Source: a virus
Length of the DNA stretch: 64,000 nucleotides
Strand: one strand, 5' to 3'
Virus record (IMG/VR): IMGVR_UViG_3300037483_001116
Span: 32,001 to 96,000 of that record
This document shows, one piece after another, positions 43,574 through 55,700 of this stretch. Made by a program: the position numbers and the translations under genes. Every line of letters begins with the position of its first letter. Positions within the stretch are counted from its first letter, which is position 1. The notes below the pieces were generated by a model. It did not search any database, was not told the origin of the DNA, and saw only the letters and a list, made by a program, of their open reading frames with translations.

Positions 43574-43885
43574 ATGATTCTCGGCATGATAGTGGGCACC
43601 TTTCTGCTGGTCACGCTCGCCGTAGCGCGCGGGACCCTGCTGGTGACCAGCGACCGAATCATGCTGCCTTTCCGCCGCTGGGTAGTCAACCGCTCCGGCG
43701 AGGAATCTCTCTGGGCCTACTGGGTGCACTGTGTCCGTTGCACCTCGATCTGGATTGCGCTGCCGGGGGCCGCATTCTGGGCCGGATTCACCCTGCCGTG
43801 GAAGTCCTGGTGGCTGATTCTGCCGGCCTGGTTCGCCATGTCCTACCTGACAATCCTGGCGTCCCGACTGGAGGAGAAGGAGTGA
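43574..43885 (+). CDS. DUF1360-like membrane protein
   Basis: LAVAR.T.LVTSDRI...CVRCTSIW; precedes portal. Confidence 0.7.
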   Translation: MILGMIVGTFLLVTLAVARGTLLVTSDRIMLPFRRWVVNRSGEESLWAYWVHCVRCTSIWIALPGAAFWAGFTLPWKSWWLILPAWFAMSYLTILASRLEEKE

Positions 43886-44008
43886 GCCGACTGGTTTACG
43901 CCTCCACCGACAAGCGCAGGGCGCGTGCCAAGACAAAAAACCGTACGCCCTGGACCTTGTGCTACGGGGGACGGCGTGACCGCGAACGACGGAAGGCGGC
44001 GGCTTTAG

Positions 44009-45985
44009 ATGGCCTTCGGTAGAAAAGCGGCAATCACAGCCTCAGCGGCTCCAATAGCCGGTTCCGTGCCCCAAAAAAAGTCTCTGATTGCATCGGCCCT
44101 GCGCTTTAGGTTTGACGATGCCAGTTATCACTCTTACAGGTTCAGAGACGAAGCATGGCAAAGAGAGCTCTGGCGATTGTGGCGCTGTACTCCGGAGCTT
44201 CATTTTGCCGCTAGCTGGGTCGGACAATGCTGTTCCAGGGTCCGAATCTATGTCGCTGATGTTGATGAATTGGGCCGGGTTCAGGGCGAGACGAAGAATA
44301 AGCAGATTCAGTCGTTAAGCGACAAGCTGCTGGGTGGTCCGTCCTCTAAGGCTGAGCATTTGCGCATGATGGGCATTGACCTCAGCGTTTCTGGCGAGTG
44401 CTATATCATCGGCAATCCTGGCGATGCGGTAGGCCCCGATAAGTGGTACATCGTGACGCCTACGGAGTTCCGGCGGATCCGTGGCAGCAACGGCGAATGG
44501 GACTGGGCTTGGGGCCCTAAGGGTAATCCCATGAAGCTCGACCTGGAGAAGCAGGTCGTTACCAGGGTGTGGAAGCCGGATCCGGAACGTGTCTGGTGTG
44601 CTGACTCGCCAGCCAGGGCTTGTTCTTTGATTCTTCGGGAACTAGAACAGTTAACCAAGCTGGTCGCCGCCGAGATTGATTCCCGGCTCATTGGCAACGG
44701 TCTGCTCATCATCCCCAACGACCTGGATTTGCCGCAGGAAGAAAACACCACCAACAACGCCGACTCTTTGATGATCCGTATGGCCACTGCGGGTGCCCAG
44801 GGCCTCAAAGGTGAAGGCTCAGCACTGGGTGTTTTACCACAGATCATTGAAGCCCCCGATCCGGACCGGTTCCGGCATTTGACCTTGTCGACGGAGCTGT
44901 CGAAAACGGCTCACGAGCTGCGCAAGGAATGCATCGAACGGCTTGGCGTCGGCATGGACATGCCGCCCGAGGTGCTGTCCGGAACTGGCGATAGCAATCA
45001 CTGGAACTCGTACCTGATCGAGGGCCAGGGAATCAAGACCCATATTGAACCTCTGATGAATCTGATCTGTCAAGCCCTGACAGAAGCGTATCTGTATCCA
45101 GCGCTGGTCCTCATGGGCAAGGATCCCAGCCGCTACACCTACGCCTTTGACACGTCGCCGCTGATCGTCCGGCCGCAGCGACTGCAGGACGCATTGAACC
45201 TGTACGAGAAGGATCTGATCAACGCCCAGGCCGTCCGTGAAGCCGGGTTCTTCCGCGAAACCGACGCCCCCACGGTCCAGGAATCTGCCGGCCGGAAAAC
45301 GTACGAGGTCCTTCTCCGCGATCCGCAGCTATTCCAGAACCAGAACGTACGCGAAGCGGTCGGCATCCCCGAGTCGGTCATTTCGCAGTTGTCGATGGTG
45401 GCGCCGACCGCCCAGTCGATCGGCATGGGTCCCGGGGGTAGCCCCGGTGGTGGCGGTAGCGGACCGCCGCCGCCGATGCCGCCGCCCACCGGTATTCAGT
45501 CGGAGTTGCCGCCTCCGATCCCGGACACGTTGGGCAAGGTGGGCGCCCCGCCGACCCAGCCGGGTGGACCGATCGGCCGGCCGCCGGACAACAGCCCCCC
45601 GCCGACGGGTCTGACCGCTTCGGCGATGACGACGCAGCAGATGGGCGTCGTGGTCCTGGCCGAGGCCACTGTCCGGCGGGCCCTCGAACTGGCCGGGAAG
45701 CAGCTGTTGGACAGGAACAACCGCAACCGCTGGCCCGACGTCCCAGCCCACGAGCTGCACACCCGCATCACCGTCGAGGACGCGGCGAGGGCCAACCGGC
45801 TGTTGCTGCGGGCCTGGACGCAGCTGGCCAGCTTGGTGGCCGTGGTCGACGAGGAGTTCGACGTCAACCCGTTGGAGAAGAGCCTGCACAAGTACTGCGC
45901 CAACCTGCTGGTCCGGGGCGTGGCGCATCAGCCCCCGATGCTGCTGAGCGCCTTGATTCAGGACGGCGTGATTCATGGGCGCTAG
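44009..45985 (+). CDS. portal protein
   Basis: WQRELW...PELHFAASWVGQCCSRVRIY, ADSPARA, IDSRLIGNG, DMPPEVLSG...NHWNSY. Confidence 0.85.
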   Translation: MAFGRKAAITASAAPIAGSVPQKKSLIASALRFRFDDASYHSYRFRDEAWQRELWRLWRCTPELHFAASWVGQCCSRVRIYVADVDELGRVQGETKNKQIQSLSDKLLGGPSSKAEHLRMMGIDLSVSGECYIIGNPGDAVGPDKWYIVTPTEFRRIRGSNGEWDWAWGPKGNPMKLDLEKQVVTRVWKPDPERVWCADSPARACSLILRELEQLTKLVAAEIDSRLIGNGLLIIPNDLDLPQEENTTNNADSLMIRMATAGAQGLKGEGSALGVLPQIIEAPDPDRFRHLTLSTELSKTAHELRKECIERLGVGMDMPPEVLSGTGDSNHWNSYLIEGQGIKTHIEPLMNLICQALTEAYLYPALVLMGKDPSRYTYAFDTSPLIVRPQRLQDALNLYEKDLINAQAVREAGFFRETDAPTVQESAGRKTYEVLLRDPQLFQNQNVREAVGIPESVISQLSMVAPTAQSIGMGPGGSPGGGGSGPPPPMPPPTGIQSELPPPIPDTLGKVGAPPTQPGGPIGRPPDNSPPPTGLTASAMTTQQMGVVVLAEATVRRALELAGKQLLDRNNRNRWPDVPAHELHTRITVEDAARANRLLLRAWTQLASLVAVVDEEFDVNPLEKSLHKYCANLLVRGVAHQPPMLLSALIQDGVIHGR

Positions 45986-46709
45986 CCGCGGTGCGGAAGA
46001 CGGAGTGTTCCGGGCAGCCAAGGAAGGGCTGGTCCGGTGGCTTGGTCGTGCCCGCGAGGCGGTGATGGCGCCGTGGCGGCAATTCGGGGCGACGCCAAAT
46101 CCGCAGGCTATTGCCTCGACGGTGCCGTTGTGGCAGGCGCAGGTCGACAGGATTCTGCCGGCGTTGACTCCGGCGCAGCGGGAAGGGTGGGCCGCGGCGC
46201 ACCTGCCTGGCGACTTTGAGCCCAATGACCCGTTCATTCAGGCCAACCTGGCTCTTACGCACAATCTGCTGGTGCGGATTCCGGACGAGGTTCATGCCAT
46301 GGTGGTCGGCGCCATTTTGGAAGGGGCCCAGAAGGCGGAGTCAACGGAGCAGATCGCGAACCGGGTCGACGACATCCTGACCTATACCGGGTCCGAGAAT
46401 TGGGAATCCAGGGCCCGAACGATTGCCCAGACGGAGTCAAATAGGCACTACTCGGGTTCCATGCTGGCCCATGGACTTCTACGCGAGCAGATGGGGGACG
46501 CATCGCTCACCAAGCGGTGGGACACCCGGATGGATGGCAAGGAACGGGACTGGCACAAGGATGCTAACGGCGACGTCAAGCTCTTGAAACAACCTTTCAT
46601 AGTCGGCGGCGAGGGGCTGCTGTTCCCCGGCGATCCCACCGGCAAGCCATCGAATGTTATCAATTGCCGGTGTGAACTTCGGCTCCTGAAGAATGGCGGG
46701 TTGCAATGA
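45975..46709 (+). CDS. MuF-like minor head protein
   Basis: RARTIAQTE, KRWDT..D.KER.WH, FPGDP...NVINCRC. Confidence 0.88.
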   Translation: MGASRGAEDGVFRAAKEGLVRWLGRAREAVMAPWRQFGATPNPQAIASTVPLWQAQVDRILPALTPAQREGWAAAHLPGDFEPNDPFIQANLALTHNLLVRIPDEVHAMVVGAILEGAQKAESTEQIANRVDDILTYTGSENWESRARTIAQTESNRHYSGSMLAHGLLREQMGDASLTKRWDTRMDGKERDWHKDANGDVKLLKQPFIVGGEGLLFPGDPTGKPSNVINCRCELRLLKNGGLQ

Positions 46710-47902
46710 CAGTACGCTTCCGTGGCCTCCTGGCTCCAACGGAGGTCCCCACTGGCGATGGCCGCATGTTCGCCTCTGGAAAGTTAACCAGTCGCCCGAT
46801 GCCGATTCCGCTGATGGTGCGGTTCGGGTCCGGCGGCCACGACGGCGCCACAGTGGTTGGAAAAGTCAACCGGATCTATGACGGCCCGGGTGGCTATTGG
46901 GGTGAAGGAGAATTTCTTGACCCCACGATGGTGCCGGAAGTTCCCAAAGCGATCTACATGCTGAACAATAAGGTCATGGGCCCGTCGGTGGACTTAGACC
47001 GGGACTTCACTGTTGAGGCAGTGAAGCACCCGACTCGTGCCGACAAGAAAGCCGGATTATTCAAGGAGTACAACGTTATTGGCGTGACGTTGGTACCCAT
47101 GCCGGCGTTCCATCAGGTGCACATGGCGATCGACAACGATGACGACAAGGCCCTCGTCGCTTCCGTGTTGCCCGAAATGGACATGTCCGATTGGCACCCT
47201 TTTGCGGTGAACGGGGACAGCTGGAAGCAGTGGCCGCTGGCCCCCAGGGACTACAAGTTCGACGCCGACGATGCCGTGAAGCGGATCGCATTCTGGTCTG
47301 GCATCGGGTCGAAGGAGCCGAACCTGAACGGCTACGCGTCGGCGTTCCTGTGGCGCAACGGCAACCAGGTCGGCGACAGCCTGGCCCAGGACTCGTTCCG
47401 GCTGCCCCTGGCGGACGTCATCAATGGCGAACTGCATCTGATCTACCACGCGGCGTACGCCGCGGCAGCCCTACTGTCTGGCGCCCATGGCGGCCTGCCG
47501 AACATCCCGGAGGAAGACAAGCAGGCCATGGTGCCGGTCCTCAACGAGGTCTACGCGGCCTGCGCTGAGGCCTTCGGGGATCCGAACCTGGTCTCACCGT
47601 TCATGCGGGACCGGGAAGGCGCCAAGCCCCAGTATTCGGTCACGTTCCAGGACGAAGACTGTGGCTGCGACGACCTCCAGTCGCACGTAGAGCCGTTGAA
47701 GAGCTACAACGCAGCCAACGGCCTGCTGACCATCGTCAACTCCGACGGCACCACGACAGTGGTTCCAGTCGATAACTTCACCCTCAGCTTCGCGCCGCTG
47801 CCGCCGGACGTGCTGAAGAGTATGGGTGAAGAGAAGGAGCCGTACGACGGGGGCGGTTGCCATCTAGACGATGACGGTTTTTGCATGGCGTGTGGTTACT
47901 GA
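46706..47902 (+). CDS. capsid maturation protease-like protein, N-part
   Basis: PTGDGRMF...PIPL...GHDGA.VVG...GPSVDLD...TLVPMPAF. Confidence 0.7.
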   Translation: MTVRFRGLLAPTEVPTGDGRMFASGKLTSRPMPIPLMVRFGSGGHDGATVVGKVNRIYDGPGGYWGEGEFLDPTMVPEVPKAIYMLNNKVMGPSVDLDRDFTVEAVKHPTRADKKAGLFKEYNVIGVTLVPMPAFHQVHMAIDNDDDKALVASVLPEMDMSDWHPFAVNGDSWKQWPLAPRDYKFDADDAVKRIAFWSGIGSKEPNLNGYASAFLWRNGNQVGDSLAQDSFRLPLADVINGELHLIYHAAYAAAALLSGAHGGLPNIPEEDKQAMVPVLNEVYAACAEAFGDPNLVSPFMRDREGAKPQYSVTFQDEDCGCDDLQSHVEPLKSYNAANGLLTIVNSDGTTTVVPVDNFTLSFAPLPPDVLKSMGEEKEPYDGGGCHLDDDGFCMACGY

Positions 47903-48549
47903 TGGCAAAAGACTACATTGGCGCCCGCTTCGACAGACTGATTGTCGTCAGAGAGGTCGAACGGGTCAAAAATAATCGTCGCTTTGACTGTAGGTGCGAC
48001 TGCGGCAACACGACCGTGAAGTATCTTGCAAATCTGACTCAGGGCAAGTCTAGGTCATGTGGTTGTAGATGGAAGGACAGTAGCCGCAACGCCCGGGAGG
48101 CAATAGTTGCCGCCCGGCGTGAGCGTTCACAAGAGTCTGATGAGGGAAGAATTTGCCTCACATGCGATACCTGGAAGCCCTGGGCGGCGCTTGCCGGAGA
48201 TAAGAGAAGAGTGCGTGGCAAAGCGTCCAACTGCACAGAGTGTGGCAACTGGAGATCCATAAAAGCAAACTTCGGCATCACTAAAGAGCAATGGGGCTGG
48301 CTTCTTAATCAACAAGGTGGGGCTTGCGCTCTATGTCTTATGCTGCCCGCTCGTAAGCGTCGGATGAGCGTCGACCATGACCATCGGTGTTGCGGCGAGA
48401 GCCGGGCATGCCTTAATTGCATAAGAGGCCTTTTGTGTACTGACTGCAACCTCATGTTGGGGTATGCGGAGAAGTCGGAGACCAATCGTTTGCGGTTCTC
48501 GGACTACCTCAAGGTTCGTCCGTTTGTAGAGCTTGGAGAACGCCGGTGA
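47902..48549 (+). CDS. endonuclease VII-family homing endonuclease
   Basis: CRCDCG N-terminus; QGGACALC...SVDHDH..CIRGLLCTDCN. Confidence 0.85.
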   Translation: MAKDYIGARFDRLIVVREVERVKNNRRFDCRCDCGNTTVKYLANLTQGKSRSCGCRWKDSSRNAREAIVAARRERSQESDEGRICLTCDTWKPWAALAGDKRRVRGKASNCTECGNWRSIKANFGITKEQWGWLLNQQGGACALCLMLPARKRRMSVDHDHRCCGESRACLNCIRGLLCTDCNLMLGYAEKSETNRLRFSDYLKVRPFVELGERR

Positions 48550-49790
48550 CCGACAAGACGCCGTATGGCCCTAAATCGAAAATTGACTATGGCGACCCTG
48601 GATACCAGTCGGACGGCAGAGCTAGGTATCCCCTTAATACCCCAGCCCACGTGAGAGCAGCGCTTGCCTATTTATCAATGCCCAAGAACGCTGCCAAGTA
48701 CAGCAAGGATCAACTGAAGAAGATCTGGGTACGGATCAAGGAAGCTGCCGACAAATATGGGATTGAGGTCTCGTATGACACTGGGGAAATGGGCACTGCA
48801 GCTGTTTCGATGGGAGACGACCCCGCCGCGCTGCTGGCATCAATCGCGCCCGTCGCCCCTCCGTCCGCATGGTTCCACGATCCCCGGCTGTCGGCGCCCA
48901 CGCCGCTGACCATCGAGGACAACGGCCGCGTCTATGGCCACTTGGCCCAGTGGAAGGTATGCCACGTCGGCATCGGCAACAAGTGTGTGATGGCGCCGAA
49001 GACCAGGACCAACTATCAGCTGTTCCGGGTCGGCACCGTCCGAACCGATGACGGGAAGACCATCCCCATTGGCAAGATCACCTTGGGGACGGGTCATGCC
49101 AGTGACCGGTGGGGCATCATGCCCAGCCGCGAACACTACGACAACACCGGCTGGGCCGCCGCTGTGGTCAATGTTGGTGAGGATCGGCATGGCATCTGGG
49201 TGAGTGGTTCGTTGACCACGACAATGACCCCGGAGCGTATTGCCGAGTTGCGTGCTGCGTCGTTATCTGGCGACTGGCGCGAGGTCAACTACAACCTGGA
49301 ACTGATCGCGGCCCTGGCCGTCAATAGTCCAGGTTTCCCGGTGTATCGGGAGCAGGGTGGCAGGAGTTTCAGCCTGATGGCGGTTGGCGTCATCGGCCAG
49401 GAGGAGGAGTACATGGACGAGGATGCTGAATTCTCCGTCGAGGAGATGGAAGAGGCTACCGGCTTCGCCGCCGCTAAAGACGCCGATGTCGAAGATGAGG
49501 AAGTCGACGAGGACGACGGCGAGTCTGGCGACGAGGATGACGATGGTGAAGACGACGACGATGCGGAGCTGTCGGCTCGGCTGGAGCGTTGGACCGCCAT
49601 CGAGGAAGAGCTGGAAGAGCATCAGCTAGAACGTCGGGCCGCTCAGCTGGCCGCCATTGATGATGAGCGGATGGCCCTGGCCGAAAAGTCGGAGCGCGCT
49701 GCACCGGCTGGGTCCGTGTCGCCGACCGCTGAGGATGACGCGGTTTTCATCCAGTACAACGCCCGCTTCCAGGCTTTAGCGCAGGAGTGA
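48546..49790 (+). CDS. head morphogenesis protein (DUF6582-like N-terminus, protease-associated domain, acidic tail)
   Basis: RYPLNTPAHVRAAL.Y; WF.DP.L.APTPL...GRVYGHLAQW..CH; SGDWR...LELIAALAVNSPGF. Confidence 0.7.
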   Translation: MTDKTPYGPKSKIDYGDPGYQSDGRARYPLNTPAHVRAALAYLSMPKNAAKYSKDQLKKIWVRIKEAADKYGIEVSYDTGEMGTAAVSMGDDPAALLASIAPVAPPSAWFHDPRLSAPTPLTIEDNGRVYGHLAQWKVCHVGIGNKCVMAPKTRTNYQLFRVGTVRTDDGKTIPIGKITLGTGHASDRWGIMPSREHYDNTGWAAAVVNVGEDRHGIWVSGSLTTTMTPERIAELRAASLSGDWREVNYNLELIAALAVNSPGFPVYREQGGRSFSLMAVGVIGQEEEYMDEDAEFSVEEMEEATGFAAAKDADVEDEEVDEDDGESGDEDDDGEDDDDAELSARLERWTAIEEELEEHQLERRAAQLAAIDDERMALAEKSERAAPAGSVSPTAEDDAVFIQYNARFQALAQE

Positions 49791-49799
49791 GGATCTTCG

Positions 49800-52700
49800 G
49801 TGGCTATCGACCTTAGCCGGTGGAAGCCGGAATTGCACCCTCGTGACTCGAAGGGTCGGTTCCGCGACAAGTGGGGGCTGTCGCCTAAAGCCCGGTCCGA
49901 GGTGGACCGGCTGCTGGCGAACTTCACTGACACCCCCCCTCTTCGCAGCAATGAACATGCTGCGAGCTACCTGCGTACGCAGGCACCACCAAAGAGGTCG
50001 GACCGCCAGAAGGAAGCTATTCGGAAGTTCTTGAGCCGCGAAGGTAACGAGAACATCCAGTCGACGTTGCGGGCGCACGACAAGCCGACGCCCGACATCA
50101 AGGAACTTGACGGCATGATGGTGCCGTTGGAGCACGATCTGGTTCTGAGTCGAGTGGTAGGTCCGGACGCTTTTGGTCTCCGCGGCGAGGATATGGCCGG
50201 GGTCGAGGAGTGGAACGGCCAGAAGCTGATGGACTACGGCTTCTCGCCGTACAACATCGGTGACGCCTATCAGATCGCTGGACCGCATATCGAGATGCGG
50301 GTCCTGGTGCCGAAGGGCACTCCGGCTCTTATTGTCGGCGGTGACGGAAACAGCGCTGACGATGCCCGTACTGTCATTTTGCCGCGTGAGCTACCGACGC
50401 AGAACATCAAGATTCAAGATGATGGTCGCGGTGGCTGGTATGCCATGTCGGTTGTGGCTCCAGAGCAGGGTTCCGGGAAGGTGGCCCGAGGGCTGGCGGG
50501 TCGGCCGTTGCCGGCTCGGGACAAGTCGCCGGCTATTGAGGCCACGCCTGACGAGCTGGAGCGTCGTGGCATCTCCCCGGAGGAAGCTGGTGTCCCAGCC
50601 CCCCAGGAGCAGCCTGGACGGTTCGGCCCGGCGACTCCTGCGCCCGGCGCCGGGCAGCAGGTGTTGCCGCAGGCCGCCCCGACGGCGCAGAGTATCCCGA
50701 ACCCGGCCGCAGGCCCACCCGGCGACGCACCTGTACCTGAGGGTGTGGCCCAGCCAGCAAAGGCCATTAAGAAGGCCCAGGGTCAGATCCCAGTTGGTGC
50801 CGGCGGCGTTCCGGAGGAGGGTGTTGAGCCGACGCCTCGCGGAAAGATGCCTTCCCGGTCGGCCCGGGGTGTGGCAACTCCCGAGTCGCAGGCCGCCGAG
50901 GACGCGAAGACGCGGGCAGCGGCCGACAAAGAGGCCAAGGCCCGCGAGGATCGCCGGGTGGCGGCCGAAGAGGTCATGGCTCGGCGTGAGGAGCACATCG
51001 CCAGGCGCGAGACGCAGGTTGCCGAGCAGCAGGCGCAGATCAATGATCTACAGGCGCAGCAGATCGGTCAGCAGCAGGAGCTGATCGACCGGCTGATGCA
51101 GACACCTCCAGCCGCCGGTGGCGGGTCCGAGGGTGGTACCCGGGCCGCAGGTCTGTCTCCGGCGCAGAAGAGGGCCGTTAAAGGTCGGTTCCGGCCGGAA
51201 GGCACCTCGGACGAGGACCGTCGTCAGCAGGAGCTGGTCCGTCAGATCGACGCCGAGGAAGCTGCGGCGGCGGGCACGGGCGGAGATGGCGTTCCGGCGC
51301 CGACCAAAGCCGCTGGGGCTCCGGCTGCACCGCCAGCGCCGCCGGCCAAAAAGGGTATCAAGAAGGCCGCGAAGAAAGCTGCGCCTGAGGCAGCGGAAGC
51401 CGCCCGGGAAGCGCCAGGAACGGGCGGCGGCGAAGCGGAACAGGCTCCCGAGGACATCACCTTGGAGCAGGTCCGGGCCTACGGCGACGCAGACCGGGCC
51501 GCCATCGCCGACGTCAAGGATGAAGAATTCCCGGCCCTGACTCCCGAAGAGGCCACCGACGTTGAGCGCCTGTCACCGGAGCAGGAAGAGGTTTACTGGG
51601 CCCGGCGGGCGGCGGGCGCCATCCACACCCGGGCAATGCGTGGCCTGGGACCGCAGCCAGGGGCCAGGAAGAAGGCCGCGGCGGCCCGACTTGCGCCCGG
51701 GGCTCGACGCAGGAACTTCATCGGCCGGCAGGTCCGCGGCGAGCAGCTGAAAGAACTCCGCCCCGGCGACGTGGTCGAGGTTCCTTCCACCCGTGGCGGC
51801 AAAGGCGTCCAGCAGAAAACCGTTCGGGCCGTTGATGACGACGGCACCTTGATCTTCACCGACAATGAGCGTTTCGGCCGGGACCGCGGCTCAGTCAAGG
51901 TCGTTTCGCAGGGCAAGTTGAAGCCTTCGGCTGCCGCCCAGGGTAAGGCGCGGCGCTTGTCCGACCGCGTTGCTGCGGGCCTGAGTACCGACGAGACGAT
52001 CAAGGCTGTCCGCGACGGCCGGATCACGCCGGAGCAGGCCGCCAATAACCTCGACTCTAAGATCTACGGCTACCGCAAGCAGCAACTGCAGCTGGGCGAC
52101 AACGCCCCGCCGGAATTGACACGGGTTATTGACGCCCTGGTGAAGATGCGGGCTGACCTGCGGGGCGAAGGCACCCCGTCGGCAGACGAGGCCAAGAAGA
52201 CCACGGCTGCGGTCAAGCGCGCGACCAAGAAGGTCGCCGCGGACCGCGAAATCAGCGGCGAAGAGGTGCCGCTGGAGGCTGTCCGTCAGACCCCGGCGTT
52301 GAAGAAGGCCGCCGCCAAGTCAATCAAGAAGACCGCAGCAGCTGCCGGTCCCGACCTGGTTGATGCGGACCGGCCGGATGCCGCCAACGTCAATGCGGTG
52401 CGGCAGGCGAAGAGCCTGGGCGACGTGAACGCAGTCGCTGGCCGGCTTGGGGTCCGGATTCCGGCAACTGTGGGTCGACGGGAAGACCGGCGGGCCTTCC
52501 TGGAGAAGGCACTGTCCATGCAGGACGGTGAGTCGAAGGCTGATTACGACGCCCGGATCACGGAGCTGGGTAAGGCTCCGACGGGACCGGTGCGTGGTCG
52601 GCCGCGGAAGGCACGCCCAGGGGCGCCTGAAACTGTTGCGCCCGAGACGCCAGCGGCGGCTCCGGCCAAGAAGGCCAGCCGTCTGGCAAGGAAGGCTGCT

Positions 52701-55700
52701 CCAGTAGCCGAGGCCCCACCGGCCAAGAAGGCAGCCAAGAAGGTTGTTGCCGCCCCCGAGGGCCCGAAGCCCGTCAAAGCCCGTAAGGGTGCGGCCCCGG
52801 CGAAGGTAACCAAGGCTGCGAAGGCCACACCGGAGGCCCCGGCTAAGAAGGTTGCCGCCAAGGCTCCAGCGAAGGCCATCAAGAAGGCTGCTCCCGTCAA
52901 GGCCGCTAAGGCTGCGCCCGAGAAGCCGACCATCACCCGGGCCACGCCTCTGGCCAAAATGTCAGATGACGACGTCCTGGCCGAAGCCGGCCGCATCGAG
53001 GGTGCGCCTGAGACTCCACGCCAGCGGGCTGTTGCCCGTCGTGCCGCTGCGATCAACACTCGTCGCGAACGTACGCAGGCGCGGGAGCAGGTGCAGGCCG
53101 CTCGTGCCTCCGAAGCCGAGGCCCGCAAGGCGACCGCAGAGGCCAAGAAAGAGGCCGCTGCCGCACGGCTGGACGCTGCCAACGCCCGGAAGGAAGCCGC
53201 TGCCGCGAAGAAGACGGCTGCCGCGGCCAAGAAGGCTGCGCCAGAGAAGAAGGCTGCGGCGCCAGCCAAAAAGGTGGCCAAGGCAGCTACGACCAAGGTC
53301 GTAAAGAAGGCCTCCGCGCCAGAGAAGGCCGCCCCGGCCAAGAAGGTCGCTAAGGCTGCTCCTGAGCGGCCGGTTAAGGTTCTCCGTAAAGGTGCAGTCA
53401 AGAAGGCGCCAGCGTCAGCCTTTGATCGGGCCGACGCCATGTCACGGCTGCAAAACTTTGAAAACCCGCCCAGCCGCGAAGAGGCCGGAGCGTTGCTGGA
53501 GAACGCTTCCCGTGCGGATCTCGTTGCCATGGCGAAGGAAATAAGCGTTCCGGGTGCCTCCCGGAAGACGTCGCCGGAGCTGCGTCGGGAAGTCGTCGAG
53601 GCCACGGCTGGTCGGCGCCTTGATTCGATTGCCATCCGCGGATTCCGTGGCAAACGTCCAGGACAGAGGGCACCTGAGGAGCGGTCTGTCCGTCGCGTCA
53701 AGGCCCCGGTTGAGGATGCGGGGATTGGTCGTCGGGAGATTGCACCCATCCCAGGCGCTGTTCGTCGGCCGGGATTGGCAAATCCATCTGCATCTGCCAT
53801 CAAGCGCGGCGACCGGATCATGGTCACACGGAACGCCGATGGCCAGTGGGTTCGCACCATGAACAAGGGCGGCGCGGTTCCGCTGACTGTTGATTCAGTC
53901 GAGCGGGCGCTCGCTGGAAATCAGACTGGATACGTCTTCCACGGCAAGACGGACGACGGCAAGGACATCAGCACTGCCCCAGTGTTCGGGCAGAACGTTT
54001 TCAAGCGGGCCCCCGAGAAGGTGGCGGCGCCAGCGGTTGCGAAGAAGGCCCCAGCTAAGGCCATCAAGAAGGCCGCTCCCGCCGCACCAGAAAAGCCGAC
54101 CGTCACTGCGAAGAAAACCGCTAAAGCTGCCCCTGGTGGGCTGTTGCAGCGGGTTGTGGCTGACCTGGAGCAAGACAAGCAGGATCGTGCGGCAGCCAAA
54201 AAGGCTCCAGCGAAGAAGGTCCCGGCTAAAGCGATCAAGAAGGCGGCTCCGGAGAAGCCGGTCATCACCCGAGCTGCGCCAGTGTCCAAGATGGACGATG
54301 ACGCAGTCGTGGCCGAGGCCGCCAAGATCGAAGGTGCGCCTTCAACGCCTCGCGAGCGGGCGGTTTCCCGTAAGGCCGGACTCATCAGTGCCCGTCGTGA
54401 GCGGGGAGCGGCCAAGGCCGCAAAGGCTCCGGCGAAGAAGGCCACCAAGGCGCTTGCTGAGCCCAAGAAGCCGATGGCCGGCTACCGCGACACCGGTGAA
54501 GTTGTTCCCGAGGCAGACCGCGAAGGACTGCACGTCTCGCCGCAGAAATGGGGCGGCTACGGCGTTTACGACGGCAAGCAGGACCGCGTCGAAGCCGACT
54601 ACAAGACCGAGGCCACGGCACGGCGCCGGGTCCGGGAACTGCAGGCCGGCGACACGGTCAAGGCCATCATCCCCAAGGAGCGCACCGCCCGGCAGCAGGC
54701 CGCGGACAAGAAGGAAGCCGACCGTCAGAACGCTTTGGCGCGGGCGGCTGGGCGTGGGTCTGAGGTTGAGGCTCCTGCCGCAAAGAAGGCTCCGGCGAAG
54801 AAGGCCGCAGCTCCGACGCCCCTCGACGAGGACGAACGGCTTCTCGGCCCGGCGCTGTCCCGGGTGACTCGGGCGCAGCGCGCACAGGGCATCCCTGACG
54901 ACAAGATCCTGACCAATCCGGCTGACGCCAAGGCCGGCATGTACGTCTACTGGTCGCCCTCGAATCGGTTCAACAAGTTGGTCCGTCCACGCACCCGCCC
55001 CGGCAAGGGCTGGCACGTGGAGGATGGCAACCCGCAGTACCTGGGCTCCTTGCCGCAGGCCCAGGTTGATTCAGCGGTTGCTGAGTACAACCGCATGGCC
55101 GACCAGATCAAGGCTGCCCGCAAGAAGGTGCCAGCCAAGGCGGTCAAGAAGGCTGTACCTGAGAAGGCTGTACCTGAGAAGGTGGCGCCGGCCAAGGTGA
55201 CCAAGGTCGCACCGGCCAAGGAGGTTGTCGCTAAGGCTGTTCCTGGAAAGGCAACAGTCGCCAAGGCTGCACCCGAGAAGCCGGTCATCAAGCGCGCCAG
55301 CAAGAAGGCCCCGGCCACCCGCGGCATCACCGAGGCGGAGAAAAAGGCCCCGCCAACACCGGTGGGTGCCGCACGTCCTGAGGCCGCTGCCGCAACCGTC
55401 CGGCCCGCAGCGTCGTGGACTCCCGGTAGCGGTATGGATACGTCGCTGTACCTGTCGCTTCAGCAGTCGCTCGGCAAGGCCAAGGTCAAGAACCTCAACA
55501 CCTTGGACCGTGAGACCCGCGTTGCCAGCCGGCACCAGAATGTGCCGGCTGCCTACCAGGCTTTGCGTGCCGATCTGGCCGGCAGTCCCGACCTACAGGA
55601 CCGGCTGGACCGTTGGTACCGGTCCACATTCAAGCCGGCCGGCGGCAAAGACAAGGACCTGACCCGGTCGCTGCGTCGCGGTGTCACGGTTGAAGATGCA

